From positions 235,911-299,910 of the IMG/VR virus record IMGVR_UViG_3300035070_002626: a stretch of 64,000 nt of DNA; one strand, given 5' to 3'. Below, piece after piece: positions 26,784 through 37,500 of the stretch. Below the pieces are notes generated by a model. It ran no database searches. It saw only the letters and a program-made list of their open reading frames with translations, and had not been told where the DNA came from. A program made the translations under genes and the position numbers. The first letter of the stretch is position 1; every line of letters starts with the position of its first letter.

Positions 26784-28382
26784 ATGCCGTACAATCAAAA
26801 ATTAGCTGATCTATACAACGAATTAGCAGAGCAATATCCTGGGCTTAGTGAAAATGGTCTTAGATCTCTTGCCGGTATAGCAATAAGTGATGGGGATTAC
26901 ACACTTGATACAACCGGCACTGCATCTCGTAACAATAGTTATGGTCGGCTTGTTGACACAGCATCTCTGCAAACTTCGTGGGTAACAGACGACTTGCTTG
27001 ATGCGCTAGCAGTTGTTGAGTCAGGTAACGATCCTAATGCAGTGTCTCCAGCAGGCGCATTAGGTGTGTACCAAATTATACCAGAGACCGCAGCTGATCC
27101 TGGGTTTGGTGTTGAGCCTATCACTCTTAGAGAAGTGCTTGATCCGGTAAGAGCTAGAGAATTTGCTAGGCAGTATCTCGAAGGACTTAGGAAAGAATAT
27201 CCGAACTACACGCCTGCAGAAATTCTTCAAGCATATAACGCCGGTCCCGGAAGAATAGAAAAGTACAAGCTTGGGCTAGGCCCACCTCTAACAGAAGAAA
27301 CTATATTATATCCTGGAAAAATACTTGACCAGCTTCCTGGCTTCCAAGACAATCCTTACACAGTATCACCAACAGATGCCGATATTCTAGAAACAGTATT
27401 CAGAGATAAAGTTGCACCCGATTTTAACGATCCGGAAGTTGCAAGGTTAATAAATGAAGAACGTGTCGCCAGGGGTTTAGAGCCTTACACAGACATGGAA
27501 GAAATGCAGAGAGCAATAGATGCTAACCAATTGCTTATTAAAGCACGTAACCAGCAAACTGTTAGTGCACAACGAGAAGCAAGCGGTGTTAAAAATGCCG
27601 ATGGCGATTGGCGTGTTAAGTTAAGACTTGCGCCTCAAGCAAATTACCTGTACAAAGCAAGTAACCCAGGAATACTTGCTCCGTTGGCAGTCACTGACGG
27701 TGTTATATTTCCATATACTCCTCAAATTGATTTACAATACAGATCAGACTACAACAGTTATCAGCCCACGCATAGTAACTATATGCACTATTTCTACAAA
27801 GGATCAAATGTTCAAACTATACAAGTTACTGCTGAATTTACAGCACAAGACACTGTTGAAGCAGAATATTTGTTGGCAGTCATGCACTTCTTTAAAAGTG
27901 CAAGTAAAATGTTTTACGGACAGGATGCAGAACGTGGATCTCCACCTCCGTTATTATACCTATCGGGCTTGGGTGAATACCAATTCAATGAGTCACCTTG
28001 TGTGATAGCAGAGTTTAACTTGAACTTGCCTTCTGATGTTAACTATATCAGAGCTAGAAGCCGACACATAACAGGCGCAGATAATTTACAATATCAAAAG
28101 CCTCTAGCAACAAGTGCAACCAATGGTAACTTTTCTAGTTTAACTAGATTGTCCACGGCAGCTACAAGATTGTTTGGCGGCGGAACACAGCCGCTCCAGG
28201 TTGGTGCAAAACCATTCACGCCATCACCTGGCCCATTGGGAAGCAAAGGTGCAACATACGTACCAACTAAGATGTCAATGACTCTTAACTTACTTCCAAT
28301 TGCAAGTAGACGACAAGTCAGTCAAGATTTTAGTCTCAAGGAATATGCAAACGGTAACTTAATTAAGAAAGGAATGTGGTAA
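26784..28382 (+). CDS. SLT lytic transglycosylase fused to a tail-tube initiator (gp48/gp54-like) domain
   Basis: VESGNDPNAVSPAGALGVYQI and AYNAGPG (SLT, catalytic Glu); C-terminal GVIFPYTP, PTHSNY, AEFTAQ, GSPPP, YQFN tube-fold motifs. Confidence 0.8.
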   Translation: MPYNQKLADLYNELAEQYPGLSENGLRSLAGIAISDGDYTLDTTGTASRNNSYGRLVDTASLQTSWVTDDLLDALAVVESGNDPNAVSPAGALGVYQIIPETAADPGFGVEPITLREVLDPVRAREFARQYLEGLRKEYPNYTPAEILQAYNAGPGRIEKYKLGLGPPLTEETILYPGKILDQLPGFQDNPYTVSPTDADILETVFRDKVAPDFNDPEVARLINEERVARGLEPYTDMEEMQRAIDANQLLIKARNQQTVSAQREASGVKNADGDWRVKLRLAPQANYLYKASNPGILAPLAVTDGVIFPYTPQIDLQYRSDYNSYQPTHSNYMHYFYKGSNVQTIQVTAEFTAQDTVEAEYLLAVMHFFKSASKMFYGQDAERGSPPPLLYLSGLGEYQFNESPCVIAEFNLNLPSDVNYIRARSRHITGADNLQYQKPLATSATNGNFSSLTRLSTAATRLFGGGTQPLQVGAKPFTPSPGPLGSKGATYVPTKMSMTLNLLPIASRRQVSQDFSLKEYANGNLIKKGMW

Positions 28383-28687
28383 TGGATAACATATATACAA
28401 GCAACAGTCCGTACTTTGACACAAGTGTGGTTAATCAGACATATCTTGGTGTAATGGTTAATCGACCTATTCCTAAATTAGCAGACGACTTATTAATGAC
28501 TATCAATGAAACTTACAATCTACGTCCCGACTTGTTAGCATTTGACTTGTACGGAGATGCAGCCTTGTGGTGGGTTTTTGCACAAAGAAATCCAAATCAA
28601 CTGCAAGATCCGCTAGGCGACTTTACGACCAATACATCAATATACCTACCACAAAAAGCAACTTTATCCCAAGTATTAGGAATCTAG
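28382..28687 (+). CDS. gp53: LysM-domain baseplate wedge protein (gp53-like)
   Basis: YNLRPDLLAFDLYGDAALWWV..QRN; TAATG coupling. Confidence 0.8.
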   Translation: MDNIYTSNSPYFDTSVVNQTYLGVMVNRPIPKLADDLLMTINETYNLRPDLLAFDLYGDAALWWVFAQRNPNQLQDPLGDFTTNTSIYLPQKATLSQVLGI

Positions 28688-28688
28688 C

Positions 28689-31505
28689 ATGACCACCTCA
28701 GCAGAAATTAACCGCGCAAGGGGAGGCATACAGCAGAATATCAATAACATGACAGCTGCCGTAGAGGCCCTGGAGTTTGATGTTGATGATGGAGCCACGT
28801 GGCCAGAAATTGAAGACAGATGGAACAGAGCCTATACCTTCTCCGTTAATAATTTACGTTCAGACTTGATCAATCTGCAACGTCAAAACGACGGCATGCC
28901 ACCAACTGATCCTGACAAATCTGCAACAACATTTAGGATATCTGAAAACATAGCAGACGTTGATGCTCTTATTGTTAGGTTGGATGCAATTAAAGTGCAA
29001 GCTCTTGCTAACGCAGGCGAAGTTGCCCGAATAGACAATTTGCCAACAGACAGTGCAGGAACGCAAGTTGCTAGAGATCAAGCCGGCGGCACTGAAGATA
29101 GTAGAGTTAGTAGCCCGTCAACCGGAACTGAGGTATTAGAAGGCAACACAATTGTATCTTCTGATTCAGTTAGCAACACTCCTACAAATGCAAGGTTAGC
29201 AACACTGAGTGGCCCTGACGGAGAATTTGCTAGTCTAGGTGCCGACGATGGTGGAACAATCAGCACAGTAGGTGCTGCTAATGACGTAGTCAGTGTTACT
29301 AATACCCAAACCCCAGACGGCAGAATTGCTTCTGATGGGTCAGTTAGTGCAAGCGATGATTCGTATGATCGACGCAGCTCTAATGTTGAAGGTCGTGCAG
29401 CCATTGCCAATGAATTCTTAGAAACCATTGAACCTACGCCAAATCAACTTATAAACCTTGCTTCGCAGACTTATACTATTTCGGTATACCTTATGGACAT
29501 CGACGAATACACTCGGATGATCCAGTCCGACAGGAAAACATTACCAAGCAATCAGTTGTTGTTTCAAAGTGGCGGTGCTACAATTGGTGAACGCAACAAA
29601 CATTTCGACTTGGATTTTTATCCAGAAAACGTTGAGCTTAAATGCTTAGTTGGTACCCAGGGAGTTGGAAGCCCCCATAATGCTGTTACACTTGAATTTG
29701 ATGTGCTTGAACCCCAGGGTATAACATTCTTAGAAAGATTGCGCCTAGCAGTCTGGGATCACACTGGAGTACCTGGTGCTACTATTAACGGTCAAAATTA
29801 TCTTATGGTTATACGATTTTACGGCTACGACGAAAATGGAAACTTAGTCAGTGGCCAGGGTAGGGAGTTTACAAGTGATCCAAATGCTTTGGTAGAAAAG
29901 TTCATTCCTTTTCAAATAGCAATGCTTAGATATAAACTTGCTGCACAAGTTGTTGAGTATCAGCTGCAATGCATGATACCTCAAACAACAGTTGGATTTA
30001 GTACGTCTAGAGGATCAATACCTTTTAACTTCCAACTTACTGCACCCGATGTAGGCACATTGTTCAATGGTAATATGCAAGTTTCAGCAGGTGCGGCTGC
30101 ACAAGAAGATTTTGCAGGAGGCGCAGCTGGCGGAGAGTTTAGCAGCGGCAATCGTAAAGCTGGCGGAGGATCGCCGACTATAACCCAAGGGCTAACAGAT
30201 GCATTAAACCAGAATCAACGTGAACTGGTAAAAAAAGGTGCACAGGAAATTGCAGATGTGTACAAGATTATATTAGAAGACATCCCGGCTTTTCGCGATG
30301 CTAAAATGAAAAAGCAAGGAACAACCAACAAGCCTTACACCCCAATGACTACTACCGGTGATCCAAATATAAAACTGAATACACAAAAACAAAACTTTGA
30401 CAACCAAGGAAGAACCTACAGTATCTCAGCAGGTACGCAAATCACACAGTTGATTGATCAGGTAATGAAAAACAGCGAATATATTACTGCGCAACAAACC
30501 ATAGTGTTTGACGAAGTAACCAAAGCTGAAATTTCAAACCCTCCAGTTGGAACTACAATGTGGTACAAGATTACACAACAGTCCAGACCAATTGGGTGGG
30601 ATAATCTTAGAAAAGACTACGCATATGAGATTACCTACAAAGTAAACAGATATCAGATCAACACACCAAAGTCTCCTTATTTCCCCCCGTCGGCATATAG
30701 AGGATCACACAAGATCTATAATTATTTGTTCACTGGCGAAAACACAGAAGTGTTGAATCTTGAATTTGTAGCCAACACCAACTATATAACACCAATTGGC
30801 AACAGCGGATTAACTGCACCAGTTGATGGCGACGGAAGATATGCTCAAAAACAAATGTTTTCAGTTGGGGCAGAATCAAGTCAACAAGGCGGTGGCGGAG
30901 AATCAACATTGCCGGCTGCACAATTAGCAGGCAGACTATATGCCGAGTCAGATGTGTTGAAAGTCGAGCTTGAAATTGTTGGAGATCCAGACTGGATTAC
31001 ACAAAGCGAAGTGTTTTACACAGAGGACAATCTTGCACCTTTTGAATCTGACGGCAGTATGAATGTTAATGCTAGCGAAGTGTTGTTTGAAGTACGTTTT
31101 AATAGAGCAAATGATTATGATTTAGCAACAGGCTTAACACCAAAATATCAAGAAAATATCAATCAAGGTGCTATCAACAACAACACAAACGTAGCCGAAG
31201 AACGTCTAGTATTTGCAGCATATTCTATAACCAACATGTTCAAAGAAGGTAAATTTACACAGCGAATCGAAGGCACACTGCGAGAATTTACACCTGACGA
31301 TCTAGCACTTGACCAAGGAGTTAAGGTTTCTCGTACAAATAACAACAGAGGGCCAAAAGCTTATACTGACAAGACTGACCAAGACCTGCTCAATGAAGGA
31401 TATTACATAAACTATAAAGATGCTGAGCTCGACCAGATGGTCACAGGCGGTGTATCTAAAAGTTCAACCAACGCAGTAGACGACGATGGCTCGGGCCCAT
31501 TTTAA
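28689..31505 (+). CDS. Baseplate hub protein (gp27-like position)
   Basis: Between the LysM gene and gp5; LEIVGDPDW, FEVRF, FTQRIEG late-control-D-like C-terminus. Confidence 0.65.
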   Translation: MTTSAEINRARGGIQQNINNMTAAVEALEFDVDDGATWPEIEDRWNRAYTFSVNNLRSDLINLQRQNDGMPPTDPDKSATTFRISENIADVDALIVRLDAIKVQALANAGEVARIDNLPTDSAGTQVARDQAGGTEDSRVSSPSTGTEVLEGNTIVSSDSVSNTPTNARLATLSGPDGEFASLGADDGGTISTVGAANDVVSVTNTQTPDGRIASDGSVSASDDSYDRRSSNVEGRAAIANEFLETIEPTPNQLINLASQTYTISVYLMDIDEYTRMIQSDRKTLPSNQLLFQSGGATIGERNKHFDLDFYPENVELKCLVGTQGVGSPHNAVTLEFDVLEPQGITFLERLRLAVWDHTGVPGATINGQNYLMVIRFYGYDENGNLVSGQGREFTSDPNALVEKFIPFQIAMLRYKLAAQVVEYQLQCMIPQTTVGFSTSRGSIPFNFQLTAPDVGTLFNGNMQVSAGAAAQEDFAGGAAGGEFSSGNRKAGGGSPTITQGLTDALNQNQRELVKKGAQEIADVYKIILEDIPAFRDAKMKKQGTTNKPYTPMTTTGDPNIKLNTQKQNFDNQGRTYSISAGTQITQLIDQVMKNSEYITAQQTIVFDEVTKAEISNPPVGTTMWYKITQQSRPIGWDNLRKDYAYEITYKVNRYQINTPKSPYFPPSAYRGSHKIYNYLFTGENTEVLNLEFVANTNYITPIGNSGLTAPVDGDGRYAQKQMFSVGAESSQQGGGGESTLPAAQLAGRLYAESDVLKVELEIVGDPDWITQSEVFYTEDNLAPFESDGSMNVNASEVLFEVRFNRANDYDLATGLTPKYQENINQGAINNNTNVAEERLVFAAYSITNMFKEGKFTQRIEGTLREFTPDDLALDQGVKVSRTNNNRGPKAYTDKTDQDLLNEGYYINYKDAELDQMVTGGVSKSSTNAVDDDGSGPF

Positions 31506-31526
31506 TAAATTAAAGGAACAACATAG

Positions 31527-34073
31527 ATGGTAGAAAACTATCAACGAAGTACAGGCAGGGCAAGATCCTTTAAAACAGATAAAGGTGGAGCACCAGCGGA
31601 TACTGGCCCGTTTATCGGTGAAGTAGTTAACAATGTTGATCCTACTCGCAGTGGTCGACTACAAGTTTACATCGAGTATCTTGCAGGTCCAGATAAAACT
31701 GAAAAAAGTCTTTGGAGAACAGTTAGCTATATTTCGCCTATGTACGGCAGTACTCAACAAAGTGTTCCGTCAAAAACTGGCCCAGGAACATTTGTAGGCA
31801 ACCAGCAAAGCTATGGTTTTTGGGGAACAACACCCGACATTGGTACTAAGGTTATTTGTTTCTTTGCAAACGGTGACCCCAACGAAGGGTATTATATTGG
31901 TGCACCTATCGAACCAGGCATTAACCACATGATGCCAGCTATTGGTGCAAGTAAGAAATACACCGACGATACAAATAGTCCGTATTTTTCTAACGCAACA
32001 CAGCTACCAGTAACCGAAATAAACAATAGTAACCCTGCTATATCTGAAAATCCAAGATTTTTTGAAGAAACAAAACCAGTTCATAGTGTGTTGGCCGGGC
32101 AAATGCTAAACCAGGGTGTTATCAGCGACCCGTTGCGAGGGCCTATTACTAGTAACTCTCAGCGTGAATCTCCTAGCACAGTATACGGATGGAGTACTCC
32201 AGGTCGACCTGTGTTTCAAGGGGGATTTACTCCTGCTGAAATGGCAAAAAAAATTGCAAGTAGTCAAGTACAGCCCAATGAAGCTATAGTAGTGTCGAGG
32301 CTTGGCGGTCACAGCATCGTAATGGACGATGGCGATCTTCAAGAGCAAGACCAGTTGCTGAGAGTGCGCACATCTTCTGGGCATCAAATCATGCTGAGCG
32401 ACACTGGAGAGAGCATTCATATAATGCATGCCAATGGTCAGTCTTGGGTAGAACTAGGAAAAGAAGGCACAATTGACGTCTATGCATCAAACAGTGTTAA
32501 TATTCGCAGTCAAGGTGAAATCAACATGCATGCAACCGGAGATATTAATCTTAATAGCGAAGAAGGCAGCATCAAGATGTTTGCCAAAGTTGCCATGGGC
32601 CTCGAAACCAAAGCACTGAGTTTAAATGCAACCGACAACTTGCTTCTTTACAGTAAAAAACAAGTTGGCATTAAAAGCGACGGAAACCTTGCACTAAAAT
32701 CAAAAAATGGCTCATGGAATAGTAAAAGCTTGACCTTAACAGGTAAACCTATCAAGCTAAACAGCGGAGCAGCCAGCGATGTTCCGACCCCACAAGACAT
32801 TCCTAAAAATAAATTACCAAACACTGTGTTTACTGACGGTGTTGGCTGGACAGTCGAAGCAAACGCAATCGAAACAGTGGCTAGTAGAGCACCTACCCAT
32901 GAACCATATCCTTATCATGGAACAGGTGTTAACTTTACTACTTCATTGGCAGGTGGTGCAAGTGAAGTACCAGTATCAAGTGCAACACAAGATGTTATTA
33001 ACCGTGCTAGTACTGTTGATATTCCAAAAATTACAGTGTCTGATTATGAAGTACAATCCGGAACTGATTCAGCAGTTGGTAAAATAGATCCATCAACAGT
33101 TCAAGCTATGTTAGCACAATCAAGTTTGCAAGTTTCCCAAGGGCCTACTGTAATATCAAACACATTAGGAGTTGGAAAATATGGATTTAGTGCCGAGCAA
33201 TTGGAAAAATCAGGTTACTTGAAACCCGGAACATCGGCTTTCTTCCTTAAAGATCCAAGCACTTCTCTTGAATCTGTTCTAAATAATAGCAGTGTGTGGA
33301 CAGGATTAAACGGCGTTAGTGATGTAAATAGCTTCTTAGAAAACACCAACTTACAGGACAACACACAAACTGATTTGCTGAACCTGGGACTTAGTGAATT
33401 GCAAAATCTTGGTGTTGTGACTGGATTAGAAAATACATCCGATCTTGCTGGTTTAGTGCAAGGTGCTGCCAAGTACGGCGGCGAGGCAGTTGCTAAATGG
33501 GCAAATGGTGCTGCAATTATTGGAGAAACACTTGCTGGTATAGATAGTAGCAAAATTACTAGTCTAGATATGGACTCGATAATCCAAGGCGGTAAATTTG
33601 CAGTTGATATGGTAGCAGAAAAAATACCTTCTGCGTTGCAAGGATTTACCTCAGCAAATTTAAGTTCAGTTCTTGAAACAGTTGATCTCAGCAGTGTTGC
33701 TAGTCTAGCAAATCTTCCTAGCATTAACAACTTAACCAGCAGTATAGCAAATATTCCGAGTCTCGATAACGTGTTAAGCGGAGTTGGCGGCCTCTTTGGT
33801 GGATTTGCTGGATTGTTCGGCGGCGGCGGATCATATTCGTTCCCTCCATTTATTAACAATACAATAGTTGAAGGTATAGAAAATACTGCCACTAGAGCTA
33901 GTATTGATGGTGCAATTACATCAGTTGTTGGCTCGTTTAAAGTACAAAACGCAGTAGTAAAAGCACTACCCCAAACTGTTCAAGACTATCAAACAGCATT
34001 AAAACTAATGGCAGCAGGCCGAGGCGGCAATGCTGCTACTGTAATCGACAGCCTGTCGACTAGAATATCATAG
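31527..34073 (+). CDS. gp5: Baseplate central spike gp5-like
   Basis: OB-fold GEVVNNVDPTRSGRLQV, RLGGHSIVMDD, RTSSGHQIMLSD, beta-helix repeats, PTHEPYPYH. Confidence 0.85.
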   Translation: MVENYQRSTGRARSFKTDKGGAPADTGPFIGEVVNNVDPTRSGRLQVYIEYLAGPDKTEKSLWRTVSYISPMYGSTQQSVPSKTGPGTFVGNQQSYGFWGTTPDIGTKVICFFANGDPNEGYYIGAPIEPGINHMMPAIGASKKYTDDTNSPYFSNATQLPVTEINNSNPAISENPRFFEETKPVHSVLAGQMLNQGVISDPLRGPITSNSQRESPSTVYGWSTPGRPVFQGGFTPAEMAKKIASSQVQPNEAIVVSRLGGHSIVMDDGDLQEQDQLLRVRTSSGHQIMLSDTGESIHIMHANGQSWVELGKEGTIDVYASNSVNIRSQGEINMHATGDINLNSEEGSIKMFAKVAMGLETKALSLNATDNLLLYSKKQVGIKSDGNLALKSKNGSWNSKSLTLTGKPIKLNSGAASDVPTPQDIPKNKLPNTVFTDGVGWTVEANAIETVASRAPTHEPYPYHGTGVNFTTSLAGGASEVPVSSATQDVINRASTVDIPKITVSDYEVQSGTDSAVGKIDPSTVQAMLAQSSLQVSQGPTVISNTLGVGKYGFSAEQLEKSGYLKPGTSAFFLKDPSTSLESVLNNSSVWTGLNGVSDVNSFLENTNLQDNTQTDLLNLGLSELQNLGVVTGLENTSDLAGLVQGAAKYGGEAVAKWANGAAIIGETLAGIDSSKITSLDMDSIIQGGKFAVDMVAEKIPSALQGFTSANLSSVLETVDLSSVASLANLPSINNLTSSIANIPSLDNVLSGVGGLFGGFAGLFGGGGSYSFPPFINNTIVEGIENTATRASIDGAITSVVGSFKVQNAVVKALPQTVQDYQTALKLMAAGRGGNAATVIDSLSTRIS

Positions 34074-34088
34074 GACAATAAATACAAT

Positions 34089-34469
34089 ATGCCAACATTT
34101 ATCGGATACAGCACAATCGACAGATACAAGTCATACACAGTCACTGACTTTGCATTGATTAAACGTGATTTGTTAAACGCACTGAACATAAGACAAGGCG
34201 AAATGCCGGGTCGACCATCTGTAGGCACAACCATGTGGAGTTTAATTTATGAACCACAAAATGCTAGCACTTCTCAGCAAGTGATAACTGAAATTCAGCG
34301 AGTGGTTGCACAAGATCCTAGAATTGCTATCAGTGATATCAACGTTTATGCACAGGAAAACGGAATACTGGTTGAGTTAGAAGTACAAACAGTACAAGGA
34401 CAAAACGCCGAAATGATGGCTATTTTCTTTGATCAAAACCAGCAACGTGCAGCATTTTCAGACGTATAA
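34089..34469 (+). CDS. gp25: Baseplate wedge gp25-like
   Basis: LIKRDLLNALNIRQGE..GRP..GT..WSLIYEP, DPR motifs; TAAATA 34079-34084. Confidence 0.88.
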   Translation: MPTFIGYSTIDRYKSYTVTDFALIKRDLLNALNIRQGEMPGRPSVGTTMWSLIYEPQNASTSQQVITEIQRVVAQDPRIAISDINVYAQENGILVELEVQTVQGQNAEMMAIFFDQNQQRAAFSDV

Positions 34470-34517
34470 ACTACCCAGTTTATTAGTATCATAAATACTT
34501 GCCAAGGATAGATAAAC

Positions 34518-37500
34518 ATGGCAAAAACAACTAGACAAACCAGTATATTCGGCGTTGAGGATTGGAAAAGAATTTACCAAACCTATCGCGAAGCTGACTT
34601 TCAAAGCTATGACTTTGAAACATTAAGAAAAAGTTTTATCGACTACATACGTCTGAATTATCCAGAAAGTTTCAACGACTACATTGAAAGTTCAGAATTT
34701 ATTGCCCTCCTTGATGTTATGGCATTCATGGGACAAGCAGGTAGCTTTCGTAATGACCTAAACACAAGAGAGAACTTCCTTGACACTGCAGAACGTAGAG
34801 ACAGTGTAACACGATTAGCCGAATTAGTAAGTTACACTCCTAAACGTAACACAGCGGCGCAAGGTTTTTTAAAAATACAAAGTATTAGCAGTACCGAAGA
34901 CATAGTTGATTTTACAGGTGTTAACTTGTCTAATGTTACAGTCAATTGGAACGATACTACTAATCCAAACTGGCTAGAGCAATTTACTGTAATTGTTAAC
35001 AGTGCCCTGAACGGTAGCCAAAGATTTGGCAACCCAGGAAACAGTCAAAATATTCTTGGTGTGCAAAATGATGAGTATCAGATCAACCTTGCACCTGGGT
35101 TTCTTCCGGTAGTACCATTTTCGTCAACAGTTAACGGCAGTAACATGGTATTCGAAGCAGTAAGCTCGACATCATTGAACAAAAATTACATGTATGAACC
35201 TGCGCCAAAGCCCAACGGTGCATTTAATATGTTGTATAGAAACGACAAACAAGGTTACGCCAGTGCTAACACAGGTTTCTTTTTCATGTTTAAACAAGGG
35301 TCATTGACAGATTATCCTTTTAACTTGGGTGAGCGTATCAGTAACCGAGTAGTCAACGTAAACATCGAAGGAATCAATAACGAAGATGTTTGGTTGTATG
35401 AAATAGACGCAGCCGGTGCAGTTAAGGATGAATGGGATTATGTAGAAAACTTGTACACAGGCGCAGTTGAGCAACTTACTCCGGAGCAGCGTAGATATTT
35501 CACCATTACATCAAGAACAAATGATCAAATCAATTTGAACTTTGGCGACGGAGTATTTTCTGCTATCCCAGTTGGTACATTTAGATCTTATGTTAGAGCA
35601 TCAAATGGGTTGAACTATGTTATCAATACCAATGAAATGCAAAACATTGTTATTTCTATTAGCTACATAAGCAGAACTGGACGCAACGAAACGCTGTCAA
35701 TGTCTTGTGCATTAACACAGCCAGTGAGTAATGCAACCAATAGAGAAAGCATTAGCCAAATCAAGCAACGTGCACCTGCTAGATTTTATACACAAAATAG
35801 AATGGTTAATGGCGAAGATTACAACAACTTTCCTTATACATTGTACAACACAATTATCAAATCAAAAGCAGTTAATAGAAGTTCCATTGGGACAAGCCGC
35901 TACTTAGACTTGGTTGACATTACTGGAAAGTACAGTTCAACTAACGTGTTTGCCAGTGATGGATTGATTTACGAAACCACCGATACACCGGGTTTTACAT
36001 TTACATTTGTTGATCAAAATGATATTAGCAATGTTATTGTTAACCAAGTAGAACCTTTGCTATCTAGTAGAGGCATGCAAGAGTTTTACTATCAGAACTT
36101 TACTCGCCCAGATCTAACTAGTTTAAATCTTAACTGGAATCAAAGTACAACAGCTAACAATGAAACAACAGGTTATTTTAGATTTGCTGCTACCAACGCC
36201 CCAGCACCAGTTGGCCCTCAGACTTCAGACAATAAACAATACATTGAACAAGGGGGTTTAGTTAAATTTGTACCACCAGCTGGACAATATTTTACCAAGT
36301 TTAACAGATTAGCAGTTGGTAGCCCAACACAACCCGGTGATAAAATGGTGTTGTGGGCAACAGTTACTCAGCTTGAGCTTAATGGCACAAACTTTGGAGT
36401 TGGCAACAACGCAGACGGAACAGGACCGGTAACACTTAATAACTTTATTCCAACAAATGCTGTACCGGTGCAGGTAATTTCAAACTTTGTTACTGACTTA
36501 CCTACTACTATCGAGCAAACCATGCGTGAACAAATTGAATTGTACAGAGCGTTTGGATTGGGTTACAACAACCTCACTGGTAACTGGTATGTTATTACAG
36601 CAACCAACCTAGATGACAGCACAACTTTCAGTCTTGCTAATGCACAAAACACAAGCGGCGCAAATTTAGACAACAGTTGGTTAGTTGCGTTTGAAACAGA
36701 TGGGGTTACATACTCGGTAACTTCGAGAAGCTTGGAACGCTTCTGGGCTAGTGTGCTGGAAACTCGATTCTTTTATGACGGCACACAAAAAGTATACGAT
36801 CCAAAAACTGGTACAGTTATCAACGATTTTATCAATGTACTAAAAACAAATAATCAACCTGATTCTAGTTCAACACTAAACAGTGATGAGGTGCTTGACA
36901 TTATTGGACAGCCAGCAGAAACAGATGGCTTTGTTGATGATTTCCGTGTTAGAATTAGTTATAAAGATTCAGACAACGATGGTATTCCTGACAATCCGGA
37001 CTACTTTCAAACATTGGTTGCACCTACTACTAACCCTAACAGCAAACGAGTTTATCTACAAAAAACCATTGATTTTGACAATTTAGAAAGATATATTCCA
37101 CTAGCAAGCGGAGTTGTTAACGGGCAATATGCAACCAAGGATGCAATTGAATTAGTTAAAAGTGAATTTGCAGACAAACAAGTGTTTTATGCATACACTG
37201 ACAAACTGTTTTATATGTTAACAGTTTCTTATGACGGCGTTCGCACAATAACACAAGCTTTGGGTTATGTGGTTTATACTGGACGCCAAGATTTGTATTT
37301 CCAGTACAGACACAACGCTCCGTTGAGTAGAAGAATTGACCCGGGTACAACCAACATCATTGACATATATTTGGTAACTGATGCATATTATACTGCATAT
37401 CAAAACTATGTTAAAGACAGCACTGGCACTGTTAAAGAACCATCACAGCCTACTATCGACGAACTAACAACAAGCTACAGCACATTGAACGACTATAAAA

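Noticed and set aside
33215-33892. 225-aa minus-strand ORF
   Set aside because: Wholly antisense to gp5 with no recognisable motif.
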